A stretch of 64,000 bases of DNA from Octopus vulgaris (Eukaryota), in the NCBI GenBank assembly GCA_951406725.2, contig OX597815.1, forward strand, positions 185,194,001-185,258,000, read 5' to 3'. The notes under the pieces are model-generated. The model saw nothing but the letters and a program-made list of their open reading frames with translations, searched no databases and was not told where the DNA came from. This document shows, one piece after another, positions 30,360 to 44,139 of this stretch. The first letter of the stretch is position 1. Every line of letters starts with the position of its first letter. The position numbers and the translations under genes were made by a program.

Positions 30360-31234
30360 TGCTAGAATTACGTAATCGATCACCCTTTTTCCTTAAATTT
30401 GTAACGTAGTATATATTTTCGAAATGGTTTTCTAATATTAGCACAATTTTAAAAACTTGGTTGAGCATTTCAGTTGCTGTTATTGGTCTGTTACTGCAAC
30501 ATAAAGTGTCGATCAAATATACCCAGAAGTATAAATACGAAAGCCGGCGTCCTCTGGTTTTGAACTCAGAAGTAAACCGAAGTAAGGAAATACTGCAGTG
30601 AACTTTATTTAGTGCATTGCCATTCACCAACTGATTTTAATTACAGCATTGATTTCTATAGCACCAATGTACCATCACTGCTTTGGAAATGATGGGTGCA
30701 GTTGACTAAATCGAAACTAGTACAAATTTATTGATTTATTGAAATCTCGTGAGTAAAATCAATGGGAGTCGGATTAGAATTTAGAATTTAGAAGTTAGAC
30801 TAAATGCAATAAAGTGATCAATCCTGCTTACCCGTCTCTCTTTATTTGAATGGTAATTAGTCGTCCACAAAAACACATCGATATGTAATGAAATGAAAAG
30901 AATTATAAATAGGGTAAACGAAACGCCTTACACTACGTGAGCATGCACTTACAATATTCGTTTCCGACGACATTAGCAAGCAGCTGAAAATTATGGGGGT
31001 AAAGCTCAGCTGATTAAATTAACACCATCAGTTGATTAGTTTATGTTTTATCAACACCGTTGGGAGAAGTCACAAATTATACAACAGTAACTTTTAATTC
31101 AGGACGTAGAAATATGTAGTTATATACGATGCTCTCTCAGTTTCCTACCAAGTAATCTTGTCTTGTGTTCTACAACTTCTGCTTCCTTTGAGACTGAGTA
31201 CTCGGTGAACATTCTATATGGGGATACATATTAT

Positions 31235-31456
31235 CTCTTTCTTTACTACCCACAAGGGGCTAAACACGGAGAGGACAAACAAGGACAGACAAACGGATTG
31301 AGTCGATTATATCGACCCCAGTGCGTAACTGGTACGTATTTAATCGACCCCCGAAAGGATGAAAGGCAAAGTTGGCCCCAGCAGAATTTGAACTCAGAAC
31401 GTAGCGGCAGACGAAATTTCGCCCGGTGTGCTAACGTTTCTGCCAGCTCGCCGCCT
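31235..31456 (-). mobile_element. SINE family 2
   Basis: Reverse-strand match to family 2. Confidence 0.87.
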
Positions 31457-31867
31457 CGGAGATACATATTATCACCATGGTGATAACATGTTCATACATA
31501 TTATCCTCGATTCTTACTTCAAGGGAGAAAAGAGCCATCGAAACAGCAAAAGTGCATCCTCGAAGTTACTGGATATTCCGGAATTTTTCTTCAATCAATC
31601 CCTACTGCCTTAAAACTGGAAAGAGAAATAACACAAGGTACATTCAACTACATTCAGTTTTAATTCTATACAAACACACATACTTTCACACAACGCCTCT
31701 CCCATACACCACACATCGCATACATTCATGCATATGTACGTACATACATATATACATAACATAAACGTATGTATGCATCCATGTATGTGTGTATGTATAC
31801 ATGTATGTATGTATATATGTATGTATATATGTATGTCTATGTGTATGCTTGTATATCTCATCTACTT

Positions 31868-32215
31868 TTTGATTATTATAAATTTTCCACTGAGGAGGGA
31901 ACCGGTTTCCTACAAAGATACAAGGCTCCATCTTTGTGATGTAGTTAACAGAGACAAATTCACATTTCGAACTTGAGAAAAGTCTTGCATATTTTTACTG
32001 TTCCACTCACAGACTGCACATGTAATGTACGAATTTACCGGTCGATTTCTCTTTCTGAAAATCCCAGTTTATCCAGATTCTTCTTTAAGCATTTGCTAAC
32101 AAAACCTAGTATTCCAATTATTATTGGTATGAATATGAATTCATAGTCTGGATATAGAAGCTGGAGGTTTCGAAGCGGTTGTCCATAGATATCCTCTTTT
32201 TCTTTTACTTCAAGA
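31868..32215 (-). mobile_element. 3' end of an RLE-type non-LTR retrotransposon (R4/Dong-like)
   Basis: KEKEDIYGQPLRNLQLLYPDYEFIFIPIIIGILGFVSKCLKKNLDKLGF...SVSGTVKICKTFLKF resembles the restriction-like endonuclease C-terminus; short 3' UTR ending ataataat; a similar 3' UTR follows at about 32216-32290. Confidence 0.72.
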
Positions 32216-32540
32216 TTTCTTGCCAATAGAGAAAGAGCCGGTTTCTCACCTAGGTTCAATACTTCTTCATTGGAATTTCAACAACATCGATAGGGCATGT
32301 TTGTATGTATGTATACATGCAGATTTGTATGTTTTGTTTTATGTCTGTCGAATTGATGGATGAAGCTTTGTATTTATGTATGTACATTCTAGCAAACATT
32401 GAAAGTAAAATATATTTTAGGGAAGAACGGTTAAAGGTAACATTTTACAATGATTAATGATGACGTAGATGAAGAATTGTGTTAGGAAGATTACTTAAGA
32501 GAGAAATAGAAAGGCAAGGAAAGTGAGTGAAGGAGAGAGA

Positions 32541-32609
<69 letters not shown>

Positions 32610-33326
32610 TGTGTGTGTGTATGTGTGGAAGGGATAATGGACCAGAAAACGAAAATAAAAAGCGAAGCATACTCATTATTAGTATAAACGCATAAAATAG
32701 AAAAAGGAGAATTGTTTTATTTTTCAATCAAATGTCATTAAATTATTTCCTGAAATACATAACTTATAATAAAATCAGAAAATAGCGAAAATATAAAAAT
32801 CATGTCAGAATACAAGAAAATCAGATTTTATTCATTTATTTTTTATTGTATTCATTGTGGTACAGAGTGTTGTTTTCAGACAGCCTATCATCTCTCTTAG
32901 TATTCGTTATTGTTATACAAAGCACAAGTTCACACCAATACAATAGAATCAAATTAAAACAAACAAACAAGACACAATACGTGTAATCATTATAAATAAT
33001 ATTATGATTATCATTGATCTCTTATTATGGCCGCAGGTCAACAATTTTATAGGGAAGGAAATTGAGATTTTGTTATGGTCGTTCGTTTGAAAAAGGTGTT
33101 GGAAGAATAAATGAAAAGAATTCTCTTCAACCGGGAATCGAACTAATTGTTTTTGTTCTTTTATAGTAAATACTATGTGTGAATATCAAAACCCGGGTGT
33201 TAGTGCTTAAAAATAATAACATTTCGTGTATTTCCCAAATAAGTTTACCACACTTTTTACTAATTAGCCATCACCTATAATATTAAAGTAACAGTTACTT
33301 TTAATCTATATTATGCACCTAATTAG

Positions 33327-33900
33327 AAGGCGGCGAGCAGGCAGAAACGTTAGCACGCCGGGCGAAATGCTTAGCGGTATTTCGTCTGTCGTTACGTTCT
33401 GAGTTCAAATTCCGCCGAGGTCGACTTTGCCTTTCATCCTTTCGGGGTCGATTAGATAAGTACAAGTTACGCACTGGGGTCGATATAATCGACTTAATCC
33501 GTTTGTCTGTCCTTGTTTGTCCTCTTTGTGTTTAGCCCCTTGTGGGTAGTAAAGAAATAGGTATTTCGTCTGCCGTTACGGTATCAGTTCAAATTCCGCC
33601 GAGGTCGACTTTGCCTTTCATCCTTTCGAAGTCGATAAATTAAGTACCAGTTACGCACTGGGGTCGTTGTAATCGACTTAATCTGTTTGTCTGTCCTTGT
33701 TTGTCCCCTCTGTGTTTAGCTCCTTGTGGGTAGAAAATAAATAGGTATTTCGTTTGCCGCTACGTTCTGAGTTCAAATTCCGCCGAGGTCGATTTTGATT
33801 TTCATCCTTTCTGGGTCAGTGAATTAGGTACCGGTGAAACACTTGGCTCAATGTAATTGACTAGTTCCATCCCCCAAATTTGTGTCTATAGTAGAAAAGA
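33327..33900 (+). mobile_element. SINE family 2 trimer
   Basis: One full head, then the body restarts at ggtatttcgt (about 33560 and 33744). Confidence 0.9.
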
Positions 33901-35001
33901 TTATGTACATATGTCCTTTTTTGTGGATGGTTCACTTAACAAATATATCACTTCGTCGTAAATGAAAAGGAGACAAATGAACAGAACATTTTTGTAACGA
34001 TTTGGTCAGATATAATTTCTGTCCAGAAGACTCACAGTCAGTAACATTCCAACCATGCCCACCCTAACGTTTTCTTGACATACATTGGAATTCAGGGCTA
34101 CATTTACCTAATGCTCTCTTACTTTCAAACAGCGGGATGTAGCGTAAGATAGGCTCGGGGCATAGACGAGTGAAATTGAAGGAACCATAGCATATGTATT
34201 GCCTAACATCCTTAAGGATGATGTTGTAGGTGAGGCAAGAATATTCAGTGGAATGTGATTTTAGCAGAAATTCTAAATTTCGAAAGTATGCTTGCAGGGT
34301 AAAGAAGATTGAATTACATGTGATGCTGAAAGGAAAGCAGCAGCGATAACACAAGACATTTAGAGTGGGAGAGGAGAGAAAATAAAGAAAACTATATCAT
34401 TTTACAAGGAAATCGAAGAACATTCTGTAACAACGGCAGCAAATGACTGTTTGGGGTTTTGTTGCGAACATTCATTATGTTGGTTTTTAATACGTTTAAC
34501 ATGTTGCTGAGTGAAATTTGCTGCTTCGATTGCAAATATGTAGATTATTATTATTATAACAATAAAACATATTGTTTCTTTGGCTGATGCGTCGGATAAC
34601 TTGTGCTAAATGATGTTGTTTTGATAGCTAACATAATGACACCTTGAGCAGAATTGCAATTTCCTTTCCATTATACTGATATAACTAAAAGCATGGTTTA
34701 TCACGCCGTTCTTGCTAGAACCAAGAAGCTGGGAGTCAGTGACGAACGTCAGAATAAAATTACGAATGTATAAGGTGCGAAAATAGAATAAATACATATA
34801 TTTTGAACGGTGTATATTAACGAATATTAGTTTTGCTGAGGTAAGATGCATTTCAATATTTCAGCATGGTTTGCTATTTGAAGGCGTAAGGAATACATTG
34901 TAAATTATTGTGATATGTTCATTTCTATGTAATTAAGATATCTGGAATAGACTGCACTGAAATCGTCCAAGAAGTATTAAATAAAGATATTTTCTACAGA
35001 T

Positions 35002-35200
35002 TTCATTTTGGGATTTGGTTTGCAAGATCCTTTATATGAGTTCGTATGTTGAAGCATATTCTGTTGCGTCTGAGGAGAGTCATTTTCTTTTTGTGCCTTA
35101 TAATGTAACACACTCACCGGTAAAATTTCCACTTATTTTTATTTTCCAAAAATTTTCGTTGCGTCTTGCAACATTTTCAATAGTCAAGAAATAAGTGGAA
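35002..35200 (-). mobile_element. Short TSD-flanked element carrying a degenerate U3:A8 hammerhead-like motif
   Basis: 13-bp direct repeat attttctacagat (34989-35001, 35201-35213); minus strand cta-TTGAAAA-t gttgc aagac gcaac-GAAA-attt; internal inverted repeat aaaatttccacttattt. Confidence 0.6.
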
Positions 35201-35686
35201 ATTTTCTACAGATGATTTCTGAAAATTATCCTGGAAAATAATTGATTTTCAACTGTAAAAAAACACAAATGGAACAACCTACATATAAAAACGTGTTTGG
35301 TTATCTGTTATTACTACATATCTTTCGTGCTATGCTTTTAGATACTCAATCTAGTATGAGGGGCTACAAAATTCTCTGCAATTATTATTAGGTAACTTCA
35401 AACAATGCTGTCTTTGAATTGGTTCAAATAATGAAGGCCGAGTGCAGATATATCAGTTCCAAATGGAATTTGTGCTCAGCAAATAGTGTATCTGTACGGA
35501 CGAAAAATTTTATATCAGTTTATTTACTGGTCCATTTTCATGACTTAATTTAATTAACAATTAATACCCCTACAAATATCAACGTACAATTCTCTCTATA
35601 TATAAATATGCTTGTAGCTAAATATAGTCTAACTATATATATAGTGTATGTAGCTAACTCTCAGTATATATAGAATATGCATATGT

Positions 35687-35913
35687 GAAGGCGGCGAGCT
35701 GGCAGAAACGTTAGCACGCCGGGCAAAATACGTAGCTTTATTTCGTCTGCCGTTACGTTCTGAGTTCAAATTCCGCTGAGGTCGACTTTGCCTTTCATCC
35801 TTTCGGGGCGGTAAATAAAGAACCAGTTACGCACTGGGGTCGATGTAATCGACTTAATCCGTATGTCTGTCCTTGTTTGTCCCCTCTATGTTTAGCCCCT
35901 TGTGGACAATAAA
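35687..35913 (+). mobile_element. SINE family 2
   Basis: Full family 2 sequence. Confidence 0.9.
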
Positions 35914-35944
35914 GACATATATATAAATATATATATATATATAC

Positions 35945-35976
<32 letters not shown>

Positions 35977-36394
35977 TTGTGTGTGTGTGTGTGTGTGCGT
36001 ATGTGTGTGAGTATTTGTGTGTCTGTGTTTGTCCCCCCAATATCGCTTGAGAACCGATGCCGGTGTGTTTACGTCCCCGTAACTTAGCGGTTCGGCAAAA
36101 GAGACCGATATGATAAGTACCAGGTTTACGAAGGATAAGTCCTGGGGTCGATTTGCTCGACTAAAGGCGGTGCTCCAGAATGGCCACAGTCACATGACTG
36201 AAACAAGTAAAAGCGTGAAAGAGTAAAAAGAGAATATGACTTAAAATACGTTTATTAAGAAAATCTTAAGGGATAGCTTAGCATTGATGTTTCACAATGC
36301 AAGCGAGGAAGAAACCTGACCATTGCAACTCATGAGAAACGTTATAGCCTTCACTCGTTGAGCTATTAAAACTGGTTCATACATATACATATTA

Positions 36395-36441
<47 letters not shown>

Positions 36442-36723
36442 TTCAACAATTGAGGGTAAAATTAATTAATTAATCAATTTCACCAAGTATTCAGTATGCA
36501 AAGGGACCATTTAAGGCGAATTCAAATTATTACATTATATAAAAGGGCTTAGTAAAATAAATTACTTTGCCGCATACTGAACTCATTAGAAATAGCAGCT
36601 AAAAAAACTTTTTTAAAGCTATTTCTAATACTTAAAGAAAATCTCTCTCGTAAAGTGTTTGCTCAATTCAACTCACGAAAGTATGAGGGTAGAAACATTA
36701 AAAAATCAAATGCAAAGGTTATT

Positions 36724-36775
36724 TGAGAACGTACGTTTCAAGATTAGTCAAAAAGACATTTCTATCATCAGCTCA
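36724..36775 (-). ncRNA. Type-I hammerhead, family F, copy 1
   Basis: Reverse complement of 37625-37676. Confidence 0.78.
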
Positions 36776-37281
36776 GAACTCCCTGGTTTGGATTTGAAAA
36801 CACTGAAAGTAGGAGCATACCTTTTCGGCTTCCCATCGTCTCCGAAGATCTACTTGAAACTAACAGTGCCAGCAAATTCGAACATGCAAGCGAAGAATTT
36901 CTGCTCTCCCCCTTCCACCAGCGTGGGTTAAAATCAGCAAACAACATGCTTTTTTTCGGTAAAATCCGAGGCATTAAATAGAGAGATATGAATTATAATT
37001 TCAACAATTGAGGGTAAAATTAATTAATTAATCAATTTCACCAAGTATTCAGTATGCAAAGGGACCATTTAAGGCGAATTCAAATTATTACATTATATAA
37101 AAGGGCTTAGTAAAATAAATTACTTTGCCGCATACTGAACTCATTAGAAATAGCAGCTAAAAAAACTTTTTTAAAACTATTTCCAATACTTAAAGAAAAT
37201 CTCTCTCGTAAAGTGTTTGCTCAATTCAACTCACGAAAGTATGAGGGTAGAAACATTAAAAAATCAAATGCAAAGGTTATT

Positions 37282-37333
37282 TGAGAACGTACGTTTCAAG
37301 ATTAGTCAAAAAGACATTTCTATCATCAGCTCA
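37282..37333 (-). ncRNA. Type-I hammerhead, family F, copy 2
   Basis: Same sequence as copy 1, 558 bp away. Confidence 0.78.
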
Positions 37334-37624
37334 GAACTCCCTGGTTTGGTGAATACTTGGTGAAATTGATTAATTAATTAATTTTACCCTCAATTGTTGA
37401 AATTATAATTCATATCTCTCTATTTAATGCCTCGGATTTTACCGAAAAAAAGCATGTTGTTTGCTGATTTTAACCCACGCTGGTGGAAGGGGAGAGCAGA
37501 AATTCTTCGCTTGCATGTTCGAATTTGCTGGCACTGTTAGTTTCGAGTAGATCTTCGGAGACGATGGGAAGCCGAAAAGGTATGCTCCTACTTTCAGTGT
37601 TTTCAAATCCAAACCAGGGAGTTC

Positions 37625-37676
37625 TGAGCTGATGATAGAAATGTCTTTTTGACTAATCTTGAAACGTACGTTCTCA
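37625..37676 (+). ncRNA. Type-I hammerhead, family F, copy 3
   Basis: tgag-CTGATGA-t aga aat gtc ttttt gac taa tct t-GAAA-cgtacg-TT-ctca; palindromic AACGTACGTT stem III. Confidence 0.8.
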
Positions 37677-37956
37677 AATAACCTTTGCATTTGATTTTTT
37701 AATGTTTCTACCCTCATACTTTCGTGAGTTGAATTGAGCAAACACTTTACGAGAGATTTTCTTTAAGTATTGGAAATAGTTTTAAAAAAGTTTTTTTAGC
37801 TGCTATTTCTAATGAGTTCAGTATGCGGCAAAGTAATTTATTTTACTAAGCCCTTTTATATAATGTAATAATTTGAATTCGCCTTAAATGGTCCCTTTGC
37901 ATACTGAATACTTGGTGAAATTGATTAATTAATTAATTTTACCCTCAATTGTTGAA

Positions 37957-38004
<48 letters not shown>

Positions 38005-38165
38005 AATATGTATATGTATGAACCAGTTTTAATAGCTCAACGAGTGAAGGCTATAACGTTTCTCATGAGTTGCAATGGTCAGGTTTCTTCCTCGCTTGCA
38101 TTGTGAAACATCAATGCTAAGCTATCCCTTAAGATTTTCTTAATAAACGTATTTTAAGTCATATT

Positions 38166-38689
<524 letters not shown>

Positions 38690-41259
38690 TATAAATTGAT
38701 TATTTCTAATGTTAAATAAGTATTGAATCTCATTAAACTAACCTGTTGTCTCCGATAAAAGTCTCCTCTCAAAAAGTCCTCTTATAATGATTTTACAGAG
38801 GAATATAACAAATGTGTGGCTGTTGAATCTGAGAGAAGTAGTTGTGCTTTGGTTGAGCACAGTATGGTGGCACGAGAAAACGGAAGTGTAAACATCAATT
38901 AGAAGAGCGAAGTCATCGACAGAATTATCACTGCCACTACGAACAACAGAAAATGCCTGAACAATAGAGTAAAAATAAGGCAATTAGTGAGAAAAAGTAA
39001 ATGTTAATATTTGCAAACCCTATAGCATAAAAAGAAAAAGGTAAAACATGTCACTAAAGCGCTGAACGAAACAAGTACCACCTGCATCGTAAACAATTAG
39101 AATAAAACAGAAAACATTCAACAGCGACAATGGCGGCGGCAGAAATAACGACAATTTTGAAGAAAATATTCATTGCACCAACAATAACAAAATTAATTAT
39201 GACATCGGGAAATGTGGTTCATTTGACTTTGTAACTCTTCGGTTCAAAACATATAAGGCTATTGAAGCCTGGGGTGTTTTATGGCTACAGAAGATGAGCT
39301 GCAGCGTTCATTAAGAAACACAGCCATTGTTGGTACACAAACAAACTGTCGGCTGTCTGCGAAATGTCAAGATCAAAATCATTATTTTTTTTTATTTTTA
39401 CATTGGAAAATGAACAAAACGTTAGCATGCAGATAAGTGTTTGAAAAGGTGCTCAGAGTGCCATGTGAAATATCAGAAAACAGAGATGGTATGTTCTGAA
39501 GTGAGAAGGAAATGAAAACGTATATTACTATCTTATGTGTTTGGGAGGACGTTTACCTAATTTCGACAACTATGGACACCGTTGCTCAACAAAATAATAT
39601 TTCTTAGTGTACCACTAAATACTATCAGCTCATTCTGGTGGCAATAGTGAAGCAACAAGGGGGAGATAAAGATATTTCATTGCCAACCTAAAATAGTTCA
39701 GAAACTCAATTTGAGCTTTATGTATTAATTCCACCAGGAAAATGATTAATTTACCGGACTAGTACCATGTTGACTGTGTCTAAAGCATGATGGCAGCAGA
39801 ACACTAACCTGCTTCATCTGTAGCGGAAATAATTATCTCAGGGGTTTCACCCGAATGCAACAGATTAACAAAAAAAAAAAAAAGACGAAAAGCCTTGGTT
39901 TCTGATTTCAGCAACGAATCCCCATCAGCAACAGAATCAATATTAACGGAAACAAAATAAAACTGAAAGAGTAGTTAAAACAAATTATTAAAAGCACAAT
40001 CTCCCCTGCGTTACGCAACCGAAGAATATTGTGAATAGCACTTACGAGAAAAAAGAAAACGAAACATGAACCTCTCACTATAAGCTGTTACCTTTGCCTT
40101 CGTTAAATACCTTGGTTGGCAAAGTTGATGCGGAGATTTCTCTACGAACGAGCAAGTTACTAAAATCTGAAAAGTGGTTGGCCTAAAGTCTCGAATGTGT
40201 AGCTTTATGATGTATGATAATAAACAACAGTATGCCTCCTAGAACCTATTCTGAAAGGTTATTAGTTTATGTGAATCGAGGAAGTCAATGTACAAATATC
40301 ATAGATACATAAAGCCAACAAATATCTAGAAACGGACGTAAGTACCGGAAGCTGAATTTGTCATCCCGGCAGCGATTGACATACACCTTATACAAGTAGT
40401 GGCTTACATTAAGGAAGAATATCAGGAGAAACCTATTTGGTTTTTTTTTTCAAAAAGAAAATAGCACCAAAGAACAAGAGATTGAAGAAATAACTTGTAG
40501 ATTGACTCGAAGAAGTTTGTTTAGGGAAGCTATGCTATGAGGAACACAAACAAGCAAAATGTGCCGCGAAAATTACTTCGATGCTAAATAAAGTGGTTCT
40601 TAGAAAATTTCTATTTGTAAATCTCACAACGAGAGATATTCAGCAACAGTACTTTGGAGTACATGGCGGTCCTGGTTTAGGATGAATGTTGCTGTAACTT
40701 AGCCCCAGGAGACATCGACTCCAGCTGGCTGTACCACACGATCTGTGTCCTTATATTTTCGAACAAGGGAATCAAGCACCCCTACTCAGCTTAAAACAAT
40801 ATCTGTGGCTCTGTTGTCAGAGCTAAGCTGCTTGACTTGTGATACGAAGGAAAGAAAAAATATTCTGTAACAATACTAGTGGAGACACAATGAGAGAAAA
40901 GAAAGGAATTGTCTTTGATGAGCTTACCCTGACTTTTGGCGAAATCCAAAGGTACGAGAAAACCGATTCCTGTCGTTAAAAGAATTTCTAATTAGATTAA
41001 TAATATTCACTACGTTGAATGCGTTGACATTAACTGGTACAATTGTTTCTTATGCAAATGAATTCCATGAATAATTATCCATTCGGTTTTCTTCTTTAAA
41101 TATGTTCAGTTACATTCTGACTTCAAGTTCTGACAGAATAACATTAAACTTTCAAACTTACTTGAATATTATAAAAACCAGTGAACTCAACAACCAGCAC
41201 AAAATTAAATCGACTCAACTTTTATCTTCATAAATCTTCTGGCGAAGTTGATTCTTATA

Positions 41260-41572
41260 TCTCTCTATATGTAAAGCTGAAGTTGTCTGTGTATGGCAGG
41301 TTTGGTAGCCTTCAACTAACACTATTTCATCCGAGACCCAGCGGCGCAAGTTGACCAAAATTGAGAGTATGATTGAAGAAGGCTTGCTCTTCATTCCGTA
41401 GAAGATAAAATTCAATTTTGACTGCTGTGTCGCCATTTTTCGGTGTATTTCAACCAGAAAAATCTTCACTTAAGGAGAATAACAAGCTACATAATGCAAA
41501 AGTTTTACTTTTCAAAAATTCCAATTCTAAAGGGTCGAAGCAAGCCCGAACAACGCCGGGCGATACTGCGAG
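41260..41572 (+). mobile_element. Non-autonomous Helitron
   Basis: 5' TC after host A; 3' hairpin gcccg-aacaacgc-cgggc followed by CGAG (CTAG variant) and host T; no TSD. Confidence 0.65.
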
Positions 41573-41883
41573 TTCATGTTAAAATTTGATCAAAAAAATT
41601 GCTCTTCAGTTGGACGTGATACTTTATCCTTAAATACATACGTATATATATGTATATACACACACACGCACATAATATATATTATGTGTGTGTGTGTGTG
41701 CATGTGAGGTGGGGGGGTATAATTTCAAGGATTTTGTATAAAATAGCAGTTCCACTGAAGAGAAAGAGATATGCATATGTAGAATTAAACATTTTAAAAT
41801 TTTGACAAAATATATACATTCATACTTACATGTTAATACGTGTTTGTGTGCGTGTGTGTAAGTATGAATGTATGTATTTATAC

Positions 41884-41917
<34 letters not shown>

Positions 41918-41935
41918 TTACATATACATATATAC

Positions 41936-41981
<46 letters not shown>

Positions 41982-41993
41982 TTACATATATAC

Positions 41994-42045
<52 letters not shown>

Positions 42046-42060
42046 ATATACAGATATCCA

Positions 42061-42258
42061 TGATAGATCGTTAGCCACTACACACATATTTTCCTATCCT
42101 TGTTTATCTCCTTGTTTTTTTTTTCTGTGTCCCTTTCTGTAGAAGAGTGTAGGCTCGAAACGTAAAAGACTTTTTCTATTCCTGAGCGTTATACTAATAC
42201 ATCTGTTTGTTTTGTACACCACCTGTCTTCGTCTTCTGTTTTTTTCGTAAACTCTCCT
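42061..42258 (+). mobile_element. Short PLE-pLTR-like element, family B, with HHR-like motif at 42133-42168
   Basis: cttt-CTGTAGA-a-gagt gtag gctc-GAAA-cg-TA-aaag; homologous to 57465-57645; between microsatellites. Confidence 0.7.
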
Positions 42259-42297
<39 letters not shown>

Positions 42298-42335
42298 ACA
42301 CACACACACATATATATATATATATACAACATAAA

Positions 42336-42805
42336 CAGGGGTTGGACAAAATAATGGAAACACCTGAAACTTTCAAGCAAATTTATTTTAATATGGGGTA
42401 GGACCGCATTTGGCAGTAATTATAGCTTGAATTCGATGAGGTATGGACTCGTATAAAGTTTGAATTGTTTACAAAGGGATATTTCTCCATTCTTCAACTA
42501 AAACAGTCTCCGGTTCTTGTAGTGATGATGGTGGAGGATATCGACTCCTTACTTGTTTTTCTAAAATGCACCATAAATGTTCAATAATATTGAGATCAAG
42601 GGACTGTGGTGGCTAGATAAGATGTTCAACCGCACAAGAATGTTCCTCGTGCCATTCAGTAACAACTTTAGCTGTGCGAATTGCTGTATTATCATCCTGA
42701 AAGATTGTGTTTCCCTCCAGAAACAGTTCCGCAACCATGCGATGAATTTGATCATATAGAATGCTTAAATAGTCTTGACTATTAATGCTTAAATAGTCTT
42801 GATTA
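42336..42805 (-). mobile_element. Tc1-like transposon, 3' fragment (DD34E transposase relic + TIR)
   Basis: IFQDDNTAIRTAKVVTEW...PPQSLDLNIIEHLW; stop at 42388-42390; TIR caggggttggacaaaataatggaaacacc. Confidence 0.9.
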
Positions 42806-43047
42806 TTAATATATGTATGGGTGTGTTTCTGTGTCAGTGTGTCTCTGTGTTTCAATAATTTCGTGGTCTACATGACGTTGCACTTCATGACGTTGCACTT
42901 CACGTGGCGTAACGTAGTTGTTCGAACAATAAGGTTTATCAAGTAATATGGAAATAATAGTTGGATCGATAAAATCCACTAAACCGCTTTAAGTGGTGTC
43001 CCAGCATGGCTGCAGTTTCATGAATGATAAGATGAAAATATATACAT

Positions 43048-43086
<39 letters not shown>

Positions 43087-44139
43087 CATATATATACATA
43101 CCAGTGTGTGTGTGTGTGTGTGATCCTAGAGAGTGAATTTAAGAATAAATGTTCTTATTCAATTAGTGAAACCGTTTGGAAATAAGTTACGTTTAGAATT
43201 TGAAAGTACGTCGTTATGGTTGCTTAGAAATTGGAGTGATACATACAAATAACCAGGTAAAATATGTGTGTGTCTGTGTATGTGTATGTGTGCAATGTCC
43301 GTATATATATATATATATATGTGTGTATGTATATATATATATATAGATATGTAAGTGTTTGTGTGTATGAACATATATACATATATATATATACATATTT
43401 ATATATACACACATATATATATATATACATAGAGAGAGAGAGACAGACAGACAGAGAAAGAGGGAAAGGTACACATAGATATAGAAACGTACATATTTAT
43501 ATAGATATATATGTGTATATGTGTCTGTGTAAGCATGTATTTTTGTAGACATGTGTTCGTGTGCGTACATGTATATCTACACACACATATATATATATAT
43601 ATAAATATGTATATATACGCATGAATTCTTACATGCACATACCATAAACACATTATATATTCTACATTATACCTGATATCACAAAGAGAAATCGATTGAT
43701 GGAATCTCGCGAGTAGAATGGGTGCACGGTGTAAATTGATGCAAATTTAAAACCTTGTTTCTCTGGTTAAGTGTCTGCAGCCTTAAAAGTATTTAGTTTT
43801 CTGCGAAGAAATTGCGTATATCCATCTATCAGAATTTATTAAAGTGGATTTCTACTGTCGATGCATTAATGGTTATTGAGATGTTGTATCTTCCAGGAAT
43901 ACTTGAACGTACGTTTTCCAGAGTTCAATAAATCTGAGACACTGTTACATACTTCTTTCTCTCGACGTTGGTTGGTATTGCTTTAATTGCAGTTATTTTC
44001 AATAGTTCATTCCCGAGTCGCCGGTTTCCTGGTTTCTGTGACCTACACATTTTGTACCTGGACAAGCACCATTCCAGCATCGAAACCACAATCTTGTGAT
44101 CATGATCAGTGCCTTAACTACTGGTTATTAATACTTTTA

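Noticed and set aside
36659-37741. Duplicated 90-100 aa ORFs (MLNSTHES...)
   Set aside because: Antisense to the HHR strand, non-ATG start, C-termini differ by an indel, no recognisable domain
38700-40600. Non-repetitive stretch that might be a decayed transposon or exons
   Set aside because: No motif or sustained open frame recognised
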